From assembly GCA_964016885.1 (NCBI GenBank), contig OZ024743.1, forward strand, positions 363,196,001-363,260,000: 64,000 nucleotides of DNA, read 5' to 3'. Under the pieces are notes generated by a model. It searched no databases, was not told the DNA's origin, and saw only the letters and a list, made by a program, of their open reading frames with translations. The DNA comes from Eledone cirrhosa (Eukaryota). A program made the position numbers and the translations under genes. This document shows positions 13,994 through 27,569 of this stretch, in pieces (positions within the stretch are counted from its first letter, which is position 1; the number at the start of each line of letters is the position of its first letter).

Positions 13994-14025
<32 letters not shown>

Positions 14026-14560
14026 GATCGTGCCTGATTGTGGATGTGGCCTGCCCATTCGACACGAGAGTGCAAGAGAAGGAGAGGGAGAAAATTAACC
14101 GATACCAGGACTTAAAGTGGGGGGTAAAAAGGATTTGGAACTGCCATGAAGTCAAAGTGATCCCGATTATCATAGGCGCACTAGGGACTATCTCAAAAAG
14201 TTTCCAGAGATGGTTAAAGAAAATTGGCCCCTTCACGCTTTTTGGAACACTTCAAAAGGCATGCTTGCTGGGAACAGCAAGAACCCTCCGATACGTCCTG
14301 AATATCTGAGGCTGCAGGTAGTGGCTTGATATTCATTTCAACAAACTTTCCAGTTAACTAACATCAATGACTGAGACTCAAAGAGTAATAACAACAATAA
14401 TAATAATAATGTCGAATGGGCAGGCCACATCCACAATCAGGCACGATCTTTTTTCTTTGTCCACAACCACCAGGTCAGGTCTATTGTGTTCAAGTTTCTT
14501 GTCCGTCTGTATCCTAAAATCCCACAGCACCTTCACCTGATCGTTTTCTATCACCGTATG
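13650..14560. mobile_element. Cluster of R4/Dong 3'-end fragments separated by (AAT)n, including one inverted piece
   Basis: 13650-13890 is another family's end (IQKIVLMESAHILRK); 13947-13995 tail only; 14022-14385 RLE end on +; 14411-14557 RLE segment on -. Confidence 0.85.
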
Positions 14561-14581
14561 AGCATAATAATAATAATAATA

Positions 14582-17128
14582 ATACGCATTGTAGCAAAGA
14601 GTGCAAAAATTAGGCGATACGAGAGCAGAGTCAGTCAGTATAGACAGAACCGCACGTTTGACAACAACCAGAAGATGCTGTTTGGACAGCTTGAAGGGAA
14701 AGAAAGAGGCAACGACTTGATCCCTGAGGCGGAACAAACTAAGACATTCTGGAGAGGAATATGGGAGCAGGATGTTAAACATAATGACCAGGCAGTGTGG
14801 ATTGAGACAGTACAAAAGGAGATTAGTGAACAGGCACACCAACAAACTGATTTGAGTATCACAGTTGAAACTCTTAAGGGGCAGGCCAAAAAACTAACCA
14901 ACTGGAAATCACCAGGCCCAGATGGTGTGCAGGGGTATTGGATTAAAAATATAACATCCCTCCACCCGAAACTGACAACCATGTTCAATGACTGCTTGAT
15001 GTCAGGTGAGGTACCAGAGTGGTTGACAAAAGGTACTACAGTTCTGGTAATGAAAGACCGAATCAAGAGTAATGATGTTACCAACTATAGACCTATCACA
15101 TGTCTGTCCGTAATGTGGAAACTGTTGACAAGCATTATGTCTGAGGAAATCTACCATCACCTCCACACAAACAACTTGTTACCGGACGAACAGAAAGGAT
15201 GCCGAAAGAAGTCCCGTGGTACAAAGGACTAGTTACTTATTGATAAGATGGTAATGAGGAATTGCAAGAGGAGAGACACTGTTCTTGCCATGGGATGGAT
15301 AGACTACAAAAAGGCATTTGACATGGTACCTCATTCTTGGATCACCAAAGGCCTAGAGATCTTCAAGGTAGCAGATAACATCAGACAGTTGTTGGGCAAA
15401 AGTATGAAGTCCTGGAAAACAGAGTTAACATCGGCTGGAGAATCCTTGGGAGGCGTGAAGATCAAGAGAGGTATCTTCCAGGGAGATAGTCTGTCCCCTC
15501 TGTTGTTTGTTCTTGCCCTGATGCCCCTGACCATTATACTGCGAAAGGTGAGAGCAGGATACAAGTTGGGAAAGGAAGACCTTACCATCAATCACCTCCT
15601 CTTCATGGACGATCTTAAGCTCTTCGGGAAGAGTGAGAAGGTGTTAGATGTGCTTGTTGACACTGTCCATATTTTCAGCAATGATATATGTATGCAATTT
15701 GGTATTAGTAAGTGTGGAGTCCTTGTGATGAAGAGGGTAAATTGAGCAGAAGCAACGGAATCCAGGGACCAACAGGTGAGATGATAAAGGAAATAGACAC
15801 TGAAGAAGGATACAAGTATTTGGGTGTTCTGGAGGCTGATGACATCAAGAACAAAAGAATGAAGGAATTGATAAGATCTGAATACATTCGGAGAGTAAGG
15901 AGCGTATTAAAGTCACATCTGAACAGTAGGAATGCCATAAGTGCAGTAAATTCCCGAGCTGTGTCTATTATTAGGTACAGTGCGGGAATTCTGAGATGGA
16001 ATATTGCTGAACAAAAAGAAATGGATAGGAAGACTAGGAAGCTATTGACTATCTACAACATGTTCCACAAGAGGAATGATGTCGATAGACTCTACTTAAG
16101 GAGATCTGAAGGTGGAAGAGGTCTTATCAGCATAGAGGACTGTGTTCAGATGGAGAAAAACAACCTACACAAATACGTGACTGATAGTAAGGAGCCAATG
16201 CTCAGAACTGTACTGAAGGAGAGGACAATAGACCAGAGGATGTCCAAGGAGGAAATAACAACAAGGAGAAAGAGCAGTCTTCATGAAAAATCCCTTCATA
16301 GTACCTTCTTTGAGAAAACTGAATTCAGAGATCCACAGACATGGAACTGGTTGAAAAGAGGAGACCTTAAAAAGGCTACAGAAGGAATGTTAATGGCTGC
16401 GCAAGAGCAGGCCCTCAAAACGAAGTGGTTGAAACACCATATTTACAAGGAGGAGGCTAGCCCACTGTGCAGGATCTGTGGCTCACATTGTATCCGAGTG
16501 TAAACACCTAGCCCAGACTCACTATAAGGGCTGGAGACATGATGTGATGGGCAGGGTGATCCACTGGCACCTATGCAAAGTAAACAATTTACCACATTCT
16601 GAGAAGTGGTATGAGCATAAGCCAGAGTCGGTGATAGAAAACGATCAGGTGAAGGTGCTATGGGATTTTAGGATACAGACGAATAAGAAACTGGAACATA
16701 ATAGGCTTGACCTGGTGGTTTTGGACAAGAAAAAAAGATCGTACCTGATTGTAGATATAGCCTGCCCATTTCACACGAGAGTGCAAGAAAAAGAGAAGGA
16801 GAAAATTAACCGATACCAGGACTTAAAGTGAGAGGTAAAAAGGATTTGGAGCTGCCATGAAGTCAGAGTCGTCCCGATTGTCATAGGCGCACTAGGTACT
16901 ATCTCAAAGAGTTTACAAGGATGGTTAAAGAAAGTTAGTCCAGCCCGCTTTTGGAACACTTCAAAAGGCATGCTTGCTGGGAACAGCAAGAACCCTCCGA
17001 TACGTCCTGAATATCTGAGGCTGCAGGTAGTGGCTTGATATTCATTTCAACAAACTTTCCAGTTAACTAACTGTTAACTTTCCAGTTAACTAACAGTTAA
17101 CTATCAATGACTGAGACTCAAAGAACAA
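14582..17128 (+). mobile_element. R4/Dong-type non-LTR retrotransposon (RT plus restriction-like endonuclease), 5'-truncated, in (TAA)n
   Basis: IDYKKAFDMVPH, IFQGDSLSP, HLLFMDDLKL, CRICG..HIVSEC..RHD, KVLWDF, HNRLDLVV, DIACP. A few stops and frameshifts; ends gagactcaaagaac(AAT)n. Confidence 0.9.
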
Positions 17129-17136
17129 TAATAATA

Positions 17137-18054
17137 ATTGTTTCTACTTTAGGCATGAGGCCAGCAATTACCCAGTGCATTACTGGTACTTTATTTTATC
17201 GACCCCGTAAGGATGAAAGGCAAAGTCAACCTCGGCGGGATTTGAGCTCAGATCATAAAGAGCCGTAACTCTATGCTGCAAAGCATGGCGTCCGACCCTC
17301 TACCGATACTGCCAATCCACCACCCTCAATTCACCGCAAGTAATATTGGTCTCTGATATAAGCATAAGGTCAACAATTTGGGAGAGGGGAGAGTCAATTA
17401 AACCAATTGCAATGCATTACTGGTGCTTTATTTTATCGACCCGGTAAGGATGAAAGGCAAAGCTAGCCTCGTTGCGATTTGAACTCAGAACGTAAAAGGC
17501 CGTCACTCTTTGCTGCAAAGCATGTTGCGTGATACTATCAATCCACTCATAATAATAATTGTTTCTACTTTTGGCACAAGGCCAGCAATTATACCAGTGC
17601 ATTACTGGTACTTATTTTATGGACCCCCATAAGGATGAAAGGCAAAGTTAACCTCGGTGGGATTTGAACTCAGATCGGAAAGGGGCGTAACTCTATGCTG
17701 CAAAGTATGGCATCTGACCCTCTACCGATACTGCTAAATAGGCCTCAGCTTTTTCATTTACTTATTGACATTTTTTCGTAGCACTTCAAATCTTTTTTTA
17801 GATCGACCCCAGTTCTTGACTGGTAGGAGGAAAGGCAGTTGACTTCGGTTGGATTTGAACTGAAAGGATCGAGAGCGCGAACAAGAAACACAACAGACTC
17901 CATTCGACGTTCTAACGACGCTGCCTATTAGTCACATTAAATTAAAATAATTGTTTCTACATTTGGCACAAGGCCAGCAATTTCCCAGTGTATTACTGGT
18001 ACTTTATTTTATCGACCCCGTAAGGATGAAAGGCAAAGTCAACCTCGGCGGGAT
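17137..18054 (-). mobile_element. Cluster of four or five SINE copies of the same family
   Basis: Copies at 17137-17325, about 17345-17545 (diverged), 17557-17737 and 17950-18054 (partial). Confidence 0.85.
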
Positions 18055-18144
18055 TAAATTAAAATAATAAATACTCATACATTTCGTAATCGTCTTTAGT
18101 ATATTATAATTTATTTTTCAATAATTTGTGCAATGAACTGTAAT

Positions 18145-18230
<86 letters not shown>

Positions 18231-18255
18231 CATATATATATACATATATATATAT

Positions 18256-18312
<57 letters not shown>

Positions 18313-18315
<3 letters not shown>

Positions 18316-18507
18316 CAAAGGAATTGTGGTAAGGAACCAGATGGACCATAACGCACCAGAGTACTCAATACTTAGGGTAGTAAAGTGGGAAATAGGAAAA
18401 AGTATGACCCCGACGGCAGAGCTCAAGCCGTTTCGACGGCTATTTCAGTCCAGAAATAGCCGTCGAAACGGCTTGAGCTCTGCCGTCGGGGTCATACTTT
18501 TTTCCTA
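18313..18507 (-). mobile_element. ~200-bp (TA)n-flanked palindromic element, copy B
   Basis: Same element in the opposite orientation, (TA)n on both sides. Confidence 0.85.
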
Positions 18508-18664
18508 TATATATATATATATATTTTTCCTATATATATATTTATATTTATATATATATATATACATGCATGTATATACATACTATATGTATATACACAC
18601 ATACTATAAATATAAACATATATATATATATATACATGTTTATATATATATATATATATATATG

Positions 18665-18761
<97 letters not shown>

Positions 18762-19006
18762 TTATAAATCCGGCACTCCATTTTGAATTTGCCATTAATA
18801 GTTTGTTGATCAACCACCTGGTTAGTGCTATTAGCAGACTGAACCGCCAAATTATTATTACCGAAGCCAAGCACTTTATTTTTTAAATATTATTTGAATT
18901 TTAGCCCTTCGGGATGTCATCGAAGAGACTAAGATTTTGGCTTTAATCTTAACATTACATGAAACCATAAAGAACATGTTTGGAAAAATTCGTTCTAACT
19001 TTGATA

Positions 19007-19119
<113 letters not shown>

Positions 19120-19217
19120 TACATATATATGTATATATATATGTATATATAGAGTGCTTCCAATCTACTGTAAAACTCATTCTTTGACATACTCATTGAA
19201 TATTGTTTAACACTTTA

Positions 19218-19281
<64 letters not shown>

Positions 19282-19294
19282 CTCTCTCTCTATA

Positions 19295-19459
<165 letters not shown>

Positions 19460-19563
19460 CTGTGCGTGCGCATGTTTGAATATGTCTTGGAGATTCTTTG
19501 TCTGTCCAAGTATACATGTGTGTGTATATGCGTATAAGTTCCAGAATCCCACAGAAGCATCCT

Positions 19564-20258
19564 TCACATCTTGGAGGTTAGTGAAGTTGGTGACCGCACT
19601 GAATGTTTAGTCAACATCTGAGGTTGTCTTTCAGATATTGCTACTGTGGCCGATGGAAGCTTGTTAGGGTCTGTAATTGCTGGTATCACTTCACTGTTAG
19701 TGGTAAACAGGAAACTCGGTAGATTCGTATTGTTTGACAAAGCTGTGCTCAGCAATGGTTTGTGTGTGTTCTGTAGAGGAAACGGTGACGGGTTCATATG
19801 CGAGTTACGACCGAAGAACGCAGTATTGGTACAATTGGTTGAGTTGTTGCTGATTCGACTGGGGCACGACGTTGCAGGTGTTACAACTGCGGTTGGTGAT
19901 GCAACATTCAAGTAAGAAGTACCGTGAGTACCCTGAGCTACGTATGGATTATATCGGTGAAGACTTCGTATTGATGTTCCAGTGGCACACGTCAGGTTTG
20001 ACCCAGTTCCATACTGCATGCGTGTAACTTGTGATGCAACCCGACTGATTGTGTCACGATAGACAGTGCCGGTGTTGATAGAGGCATCAGGTCGGAATCT
20101 GGTCTGAAGGTAAGACATGATGCGGATACAGCGACTGTCGTTTGTGTCAATACCCTCCACATCAGTCATGTAACGAACTACTTCCTGCATACATTCATTG
20201 TATCCAACCTGGTAGTGGTGCATAAAATCAGCCCATACATCAGACGTGAACCAGTCAC
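19564..20258 (-). CDS. HELT: HELT terminal coding exon (Orange domain plus S/T/N-rich tail)
   Basis: Acceptor atctacag|GT completes the split Gly codon (phase 1). It continues [51 protein letters not shown] (Orange domain, cf. HELT YFHYGYHECMKNLVHYLTTVE) and is open to the stop at 19564. There is no WRPW/YRPW end, as expected for HELT. Confidence 0.93.
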
Positions 20259-20269
20259 CTGTAGATAAA

Positions 20270-20900
<631 letters not shown>

Positions 20901-21205
20901 ATTGAGAAGTAGTACAGTAATCCCACGATCTCAACACGTAAAAACAGTTGTTTCAGCAAAGCAAATAAACGAGTTTGCTATCTATCTATCTATCTATCTA
21001 TCTTGATAGAGTAAGACACGCTTCGCATCGGCTCCGCTATTCCATCGGGATTTACCCTTACTATTGTAAGTACCGGATAAATTTTTTAGTGCAACACATT
21101 TGGAACACTAACCCCTGTTATTTAGGGAAACATTTTTGCATTTACCCCCTTTTTAGGGGGTAAAATAAATATCTATTTTTGCCGAAAAATTTCTTTCTTG
21201 GCAGC

Positions 21206-23041
21206 ATGGCGGAAAAGATGGCAGACATGTCTGCCATTAGCTCTGCCACGCCCCCCAAGTCTGAAGAACAAAAAATAATTACAACAAAATTAGACATTGA
21301 AACAAACAAACAAAATGAAAAAACAAATGTTAAGGAAAATGAGCAAACAGAAAACAAACAAACAGAAAATAATACAAATAACGACAGGGCAACTTTCGCC
21401 CAGAAAACAAAGCAATCCATTACATACACACCAATTGACCTAACTGCCGCCAGAGAAAAACTGGCCGAAGCAAAGAAACATATTGTTTTGGGGGAGAATG
21501 GAATGTTTTCCATTAACTCCCCCCCAGAATTCAAGAAAGCCAGAGCAGAAAACACAGTTATATACAGAACTATACTAAACCAGTCAAGAAAGCCAGCACA
21601 GCCCAGCCAAATGGAAATAGAGTTAGTCCTAAAAGACTATATGAAGAATATTCTCTTCATACGAAAGGACCGACTCTATGGCAGCATTTCGGTCCTAACA
21701 AGAGACAAAGAAACGGCGGTTCAGCTTTCCCTAAGCCCACTCTCGTCGACAACATATAGCTTCTATCCCTCCTACATGGGTAGAAGAACACAGAGAATAA
21801 AAGTAAAAACAATGCTGCCCACAATGGACTTCTGGTGGGCTATTGCTGGCTTCATTGATATGGGCGAAGACACTATGCTGTCAATGGGGAAGGCAACTGG
21901 AGATGCGTTCCTGGGAATGGGCCTCGACATACTAGTCCAAATGAGGCCCGAAAGAATAGCACAAATCCCGGATCGCATCTGGCTGGATGACCTTACCCCA
22001 ATAGACATAATTGTAGAGGGGAGAAGACCAGCATGCTATTTATGCATGGAAAGGGGACACGTTAAGGCTAACTGCCCGAAACGTATCCCCCAAAAAGGAC
22101 TATTGCCCACACCCACCACAAACAGTACACCAGCACCACCCACCTCCAAAAATACACTAATACCACACACAGCAAACAAAATACAGACACCACCAACCAC
22201 AAACACAACACAAACATCACCACCACCAGCACCAAACACAAGCACGACACAAAAATCACCACCACCAACCACAACACAAACATCACCACCACCATTACCA
22301 ACCACAAGCACGACACAAACATTACCACCACCACCACCACAAAACCCATTCCAAACAAATAATAAAAAAAACAGTAACAAATCTACCCCTCCCGCAAAAA
22401 AAAAACAACCACACAACACGTCCCTCCCACCTAGCGCTGAAGAGTTTCCCCCAACTTCTGAAGAAGAAGGAGGAGAAGCCTTCAGACAAGTTAAAAGAAA
22501 AAAAAGAAAACACACACCCAGCACACCACAAATAACCCACACACAAACACCAACTCCAATCAAAAACACCCCACCCTCAACAAACAAAAATAAATCTGCG
22601 CCTCCCCTCTCCGAAACATTGACAGCATCACAAAAAAAGACGTTGCAATACACATATATAAATAAAGAAAACAAAAAACTGGTTAAATTAATAAACAATA
22701 ACCCTATGGTGCAGACCGAAGGGCCAAACTTTATCTCAACAGAGAACTTCACCCATTTAAAAATGATAAAGGTCCCTCTGGACCTTTATCGTTCCTTAAA
22801 AGAACAATTTAGACGGGACGTGAGCCCCCCCTGTTTAAAACCGTTGAATCGCGTCCTCTTGAAAGATTTCCCCATAACCGCCCCTCTCCCTGACACAACT
22901 CCAAATACCCCAACCCCACCACACACGTGTACCCCCACACCACCACAAAACATCCCTCCACCCAACACACCTGATGCCATGGAAATTACGCAACCCGGAG
23001 AGGTAAGTGCTTTTCTTTCTTCACTTTCAACACCAAAATAG
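21206..23041 (+). CDS. Tx1 ORF1 (gag-like, CCHC zinc knuckle, long Pro/Thr-rich tail)
   Basis: Open frame of about 610 aa from the first ATG; contains CYLCMERGHVKANC. Confidence 0.85.
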   Translation: MAEKMADMSAISSATPPKSEEQKIITTKLDIETNKQNEKTNVKENEQTENKQTENNTNNDRATFAQKTKQSITYTPIDLTAAREKLAEAKKHIVLGENGMFSINSPPEFKKARAENTVIYRTILNQSRKPAQPSQMEIELVLKDYMKNILFIRKDRLYGSISVLTRDKETAVQLSLSPLSSTTYSFYPSYMGRRTQRIKVKTMLPTMDFWWAIAGFIDMGEDTMLSMGKATGDAFLGMGLDILVQMRPERIAQIPDRIWLDDLTPIDIIVEGRRPACYLCMERGHVKANCPKRIPQKGLLPTPTTNSTPAPPTSKNTLIPHTANKIQTPPTTNTTQTSPPPAPNTSTTQKSPPPTTTQTSPPPLPTTSTTQTLPPPPPQNPFQTNNKKNSNKSTPPAKKKQPHNTSLPPSAEEFPPTSEEEGGEAFRQVKRKKRKHTPSTPQITHTQTPTPIKNTPPSTNKNKSAPPLSETLTASQKKTLQYTYINKENKKLVKLINNNPMVQTEGPNFISTENFTHLKMIKVPLDLYRSLKEQFRRDVSPPCLKPLNRVLLKDFPITAPLPDTTPNTPTPPHTCTPTPPQNIPPPNTPDAMEITQPGEVSAFLSSLSTPK

Positions 23042-23046
23042 ATCAA

Positions 23047-26000
23047 TTGAGAGTTGGCTGTTTGAACGCGCGTGGCCTGAGCTCAGCTTGGAAGCAAGCA
23101 AAGCTTCTAAGTGACCTCAGGTCACAAAGTATAGATGTGATGGTTGTTTGCGAGAGTCGGATCAGCAGCGTGAGACAGCTGGCGCCCGCCTTCGATGACT
23201 TTGAGATGCACGCATCTCTCTGTCAACCCGGAGGCGGGGGGGGGGGGAGTTGCCGTACTGCTGGATAAACGTCTGACTCTCGACGTACAGATTGTTCACT
23301 CGGACCCGGGGGGTCGATTACTGGTGCTGGACGTCGGAGGTGGTGAAGGCGGGGCTTTCAGACTGGTCGGTCTTTATGCTCCCTTCGGGGCGGAGAGAGC
23401 CGACTTCTTCCAACGTCTGGAGACTTTTCTAGGAACGTCGCGTTCCCTGCTTTTAGTGGGGGACTGGAATGGAATCCTAGATGCGCGTTGGGACTATGCA
23501 GGGGCATGTCCCGATAGAGGGGGGTGTAGCAGCCTCAAGGGGTTACTCGATCGATTCGACCTGGTCGATAGATTTCGACTAGATTGTCCAACTGCGCCAA
23601 CCTGGACCTGGGCAAACCGCAGTGGACAATCTAGATCGTACCTAGATAGGTTTTTGGTTAGGAGTAAGGATAGGGACGTATTTAGTTGTCCAGAACTGAT
23701 CATGGTTGGCTATTCAGATCACAAATTAGTGACCTGCGTGGTCAACCTTGATAGAACGCATAGACAGGGTCCCGGTTACTGGAAGATGAACTTGTCCTTA
23801 CCGACAAAGAAAGATTACAGAAACCGGATTAGTAGCTTAGTTAAGATGCGGTTGACGGGAGCGATCGTCAACAGTAGGTGGTGGATATCTCTAAAGAGAG
23901 AGATTAGAGTAAGTTCGATAGGTTACAGTAAGGAACTAGCGGCGAATAGAAATAGGAGGGAAAGGGAGTTAACAGATAAACTAGAAGAGGCGATTAGGAG
24001 CGGAGACGTAGCCAGAGTGTTAGCGACGAGAACGGCATTGAGCCAGTTCTTTGACGCGAAGCACGAAGGCTGCGTTGTCCGAAGTAAAATACGTGCTTTA
24101 GGAAACGAGGGGACCAAAGCTGTTAGCTGGGCCCGCGTGACAGAAGCCAAGAGTGGGATTAAATCCACCATTCGGTCTTTGCGAGACCAGGATGGACGGG
24201 TGATCCTTGAACCTGAGCGAATGTGCGAGACCTTTCAAAGGCACTTTGCTCGACTGTTCGGAGGTGGCGGGGGGCCGGACGGAGATGTGGACTTCGGTCC
24301 ATACCTCGACGGTCTACCGCGTCTTTCGAGCGGCGAAGCGGAGTGCTGCGAAGGGCCAATCACAGCCACTGAAATCGGGGAAGCGCTCAGCCAATGCAGC
24401 AGACGCAAATCCCCGGGTCTCGATGGTCTACCATACGAACTTTATTTAGCTATGCCGGTCTTGTTCTCCGAACTCCTCGAGGCTGTCTATTGCAACTGGC
24501 AACAGAACGGGAGAATTCCCTGTTCTGTGACCAAGGGCGTGGTCACGCTAGTGAGGAAGGACGAGAGCAAGGGGGACGACTTAAGTAACTTTAGGCCCAT
24601 AACTCTGCTGAATGCAGAGTTACAGATTTTGGCCAAGGTGTTGGCGAAGAGGTTGGCGCTTGTGGTAGGTGGTTTGGTGGGAGACGCGCAGACATGCGCT
24701 ATCCCGTCCAGGTCCATTCACGACAACCTCCACCTCATGCGATACATCATAGAGAGGGTTGGCTACGAACCCGGCTTTGGTGGGGCCCTGATCAACTTGG
24801 ATCAATCTAAGGCGTTCGATAGGGTCGACCATGGTTACCTGGATGCGGTGCTAGCGGCGGCGGGCTTCGGACCCGTTTTCAGGGGCTGGATTTCTGCCAT
24901 GCACAGTGGCAACATCTACTCTAGGATTAAAGTAAACGGCTACCTCTCGGAGCCGTTTCAAATCACCCGATCCATCAGACAGGGGTGCCCCCTCTCCTCC
25001 CTTCTGTACGTATTGACTCTCGAGCCACTGCTGCGGAAGTTGGAGTTGCTGCGGGGCATACCCCTGGAACCGGGATTGCACAAAGCGGTCTCGGCCTATG
25101 CCGACGACGTAACAGTAATGGTGGCGGACGCCTCGGAAATCGGGGCGATCGCTATCCTACTGGAGGAATACGAAAGGCTGACGGGGGCTAAGCTGAACCA
25201 GGACAAGTCAGTCGGTTTGCAACTCGGAACGTGGAGGGGCAAACCGATGCCGTTAGACGGTGTCGTCGGGCGGTGGACGGAGGGCCCGGTGAAGCTGCTC
25301 GGGGTCTGGTTCGGACCGGACCTCCAGGTGGAGAAGAATTGGGGCGAGGTGACGAGCAGGGTGTTTGCGCTGACCCAGAAGTGGGCCAAGTGCAAACTAT
25401 CACTGAAAGGTCGGGCGGAGGTGACGAACGCTTACATAGCGTCCGTCATCTACTACCGCCTGACCGTCGTGCCTTGCCCCAAGGAAAAGCTCACCATCAT
25501 GGAACGCATGCTCTTCCAGTTCCTCTGGAAGAAGCGGCCTCCAATGGTGAGGAGATCCATCTGCTGCCAGCACCCTTCGAAAGGAGGGCTGGGTATGCCG
25601 TGGCTGTTGATGCGTAGGCACGCATTGAGGCTACGGCATCTACAGGTATTCCTCAACGGTCAGCCGGTGTGGGCCCCGTTTGTGAGGCGAGCCTTCCCAC
25701 AGCTCGTCTCGCTCACCGAACTGCAATCCTGGGTGAAGCAAAGACCGAGAAAACTGGGCAACTGGCACACTGAGTGTGCCCAGGCGCTCACGGCTATCTG
25801 GCAAGCGGACCCGACTGTCAGTGGAGAATCCACCTCGACATTCTATAGAGGGTTGGTGGCTAGCAGGGGCGACGACACCCTTGGAGAGTCGCTAGGCATG
25901 GAGGAGGACGAACTGGCCAGCCTGTTCGGTAGAACTTTCGGCCCGGGACCCATGGACAACTTCCAGAGGTCCCTAGCCTGGCAGTGTTACCGGGGGGCTC

Positions 26001-26479
26001 TGCCCGTTCGAGAAAAGCTCTACAGACACGGGCGCCCGGGCAGGGATCCCGCGAAAAAGATCTGTCCCAGATGCGTGCGCGACGAGGAAACCGTTGCGCA
26101 TGCACTGGTACACTGCCCGGGCGTTGCCGATCTGTGGGGCTACGTCGAACGACTGCTGTCGCGTGTGGCACCGATTCGATTAACCGCCGAGTCTGTGGTG
26201 AACATCAAGCCGCCTCCCCCCTTCAGAAATGAAGCAGAGGCGGTCTTTCTGTGCGTAATAGCCATGATGAAAGAGGTTGTGTGGTGGACGCGCCTGAAAG
26301 GTCTGAGGTCGGGTGACTTTCTCTCCGGCCATCACCTGGTTTACTTCTTCCGATACCACTTCGGAAGAAGAATCAGGATGGAGAGAGAAGTGCTTGGTCC
26401 CAGACAGTTTTATGAAAGGTGGGTGAAAGAAGCGAGAATGGCCCGTGTAAATGGGCCTTCTCTCTACATTGTTCTGTAG
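23047..26479 (+). CDS. Tx1 ORF2 (APE endonuclease, reverse transcriptase, C-terminal CCHC) with one frameshift in a G12 run
   Basis: APE motifs RVGCLNARGL, VGDWN, SYLDRF, SDHKLV; RT motifs LDQSKAFDRVDH, RQGCPLS, YADDV; CPRC...HALVHC. The frame switches at G12, 23236-23247. Confidence 0.9.
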
Positions 26480-26710
26480 GTGAAGAAGTGAAGAGGAAAG
26501 GGGGAGCGCCTCCTCTCTGGGCTTCCCCCGCGAAAAGAGTTGCACACTTTTCGGGGGTATGTGCAATCCCCAACACGCCCCCTCCCTTTTGAGGACTTTT
26601 TATTGTTATATTATTATTGTTATTCCTTTTTTCTTTACTCGATTTATGTAAACTCCCCCACTGTGTAAATGTCCCCTTCTTTTGTGCCCTCGTGGCAAAT
26701 AAATAGAAAT

Positions 26711-26774
<64 letters not shown>

Positions 26775-26775
26775 G

Positions 26776-27505
26776 TCAGACACCTTTCTCTCCGGCCAAC
26801 AACTGATTCTTTTTTTCAAATACCACTTTGGAAGAAGAATCAGGATGGAGAGAGAGGTGCTGTACCCCAGCAAGTTTTATGAAAGGTGGGTGAAAGTGGC
26901 GAGAATGGCCCGAGTGAATGGGCCTTCTCTCTATATCAGCCTGTAGGTTGAGGAAAAGGAGGAGGAGAGGAAAGGAGTACAAACTCTTCGTACTCCTGGA
27001 GATGAGGGTTGCACATTTTTTTTCGGGGGTATGTGTTACCCATATAAACTGTCTCCCTCTATTGGGGAAAATCGACTAACTTTTAAATTCCATCTGTGAT
27101 AACATTTTACACGTTTTTATTGTATGTAAACTTCCCCCTTTGTATTTGTCCCCTTCTTTTGTGCCCCTGTGGCTAATAAAGAAATATATCTATCTATTTA
27201 TGAAAGGTGGGTGAAAGTGGCGAGAATGGCCCGAGTGAATGGGCCTTCTCTCTATATCAGCCTGTAGGTTGAGGAAAAGGAGGAGGAGAGGAAAGGAGTA
27301 CAAGCTCTTCGTACTCCTGGAGATGAGGGTTGCACATTTTTTTCGGGGGTCTGTGTTACCCATATAAACTGTCTCCCTCTATTGGGGAAAATCGACTAAC
27401 TTTTAAATTCCATCTGTGATAACATTTTACACGTTTTTATTGTATGTAAACTTCCCCCTTTGTATTTGTCCCCTTCTTTTGTGCCCCTGTGGCTAATAAA
27501 GAAAT
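26776..27505 (+). mobile_element. Two tandem 3'-end fragments of a related Tx1 subfamily, each ending in TATC repeats
   Basis: 26776-27190 and 27196-27505 repeat the ORF2 end (FYERWVKVARMARVNGPSLY) and 3' UTR almost identically. Confidence 0.85.
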
Positions 27506-27569
27506 CTATCTATCTATCTATCTATCCATCTATCTAATCTGTCAGTGAATCTATCTATCTATCTCATCA

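Larger units (their letters stand above)
21004..26711 (+). mobile_element. Full-length Tx1/L1-clade non-LTR retrotransposon inserted in (TATC)n, antisense within a HELT intron
   Basis: Two-ORF structure; 3' UTR ends ...gtggcaaataaatagaaat. (TATC)n tracts on both sides (20978-21003 and 26712-26773). Confidence 0.93.
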
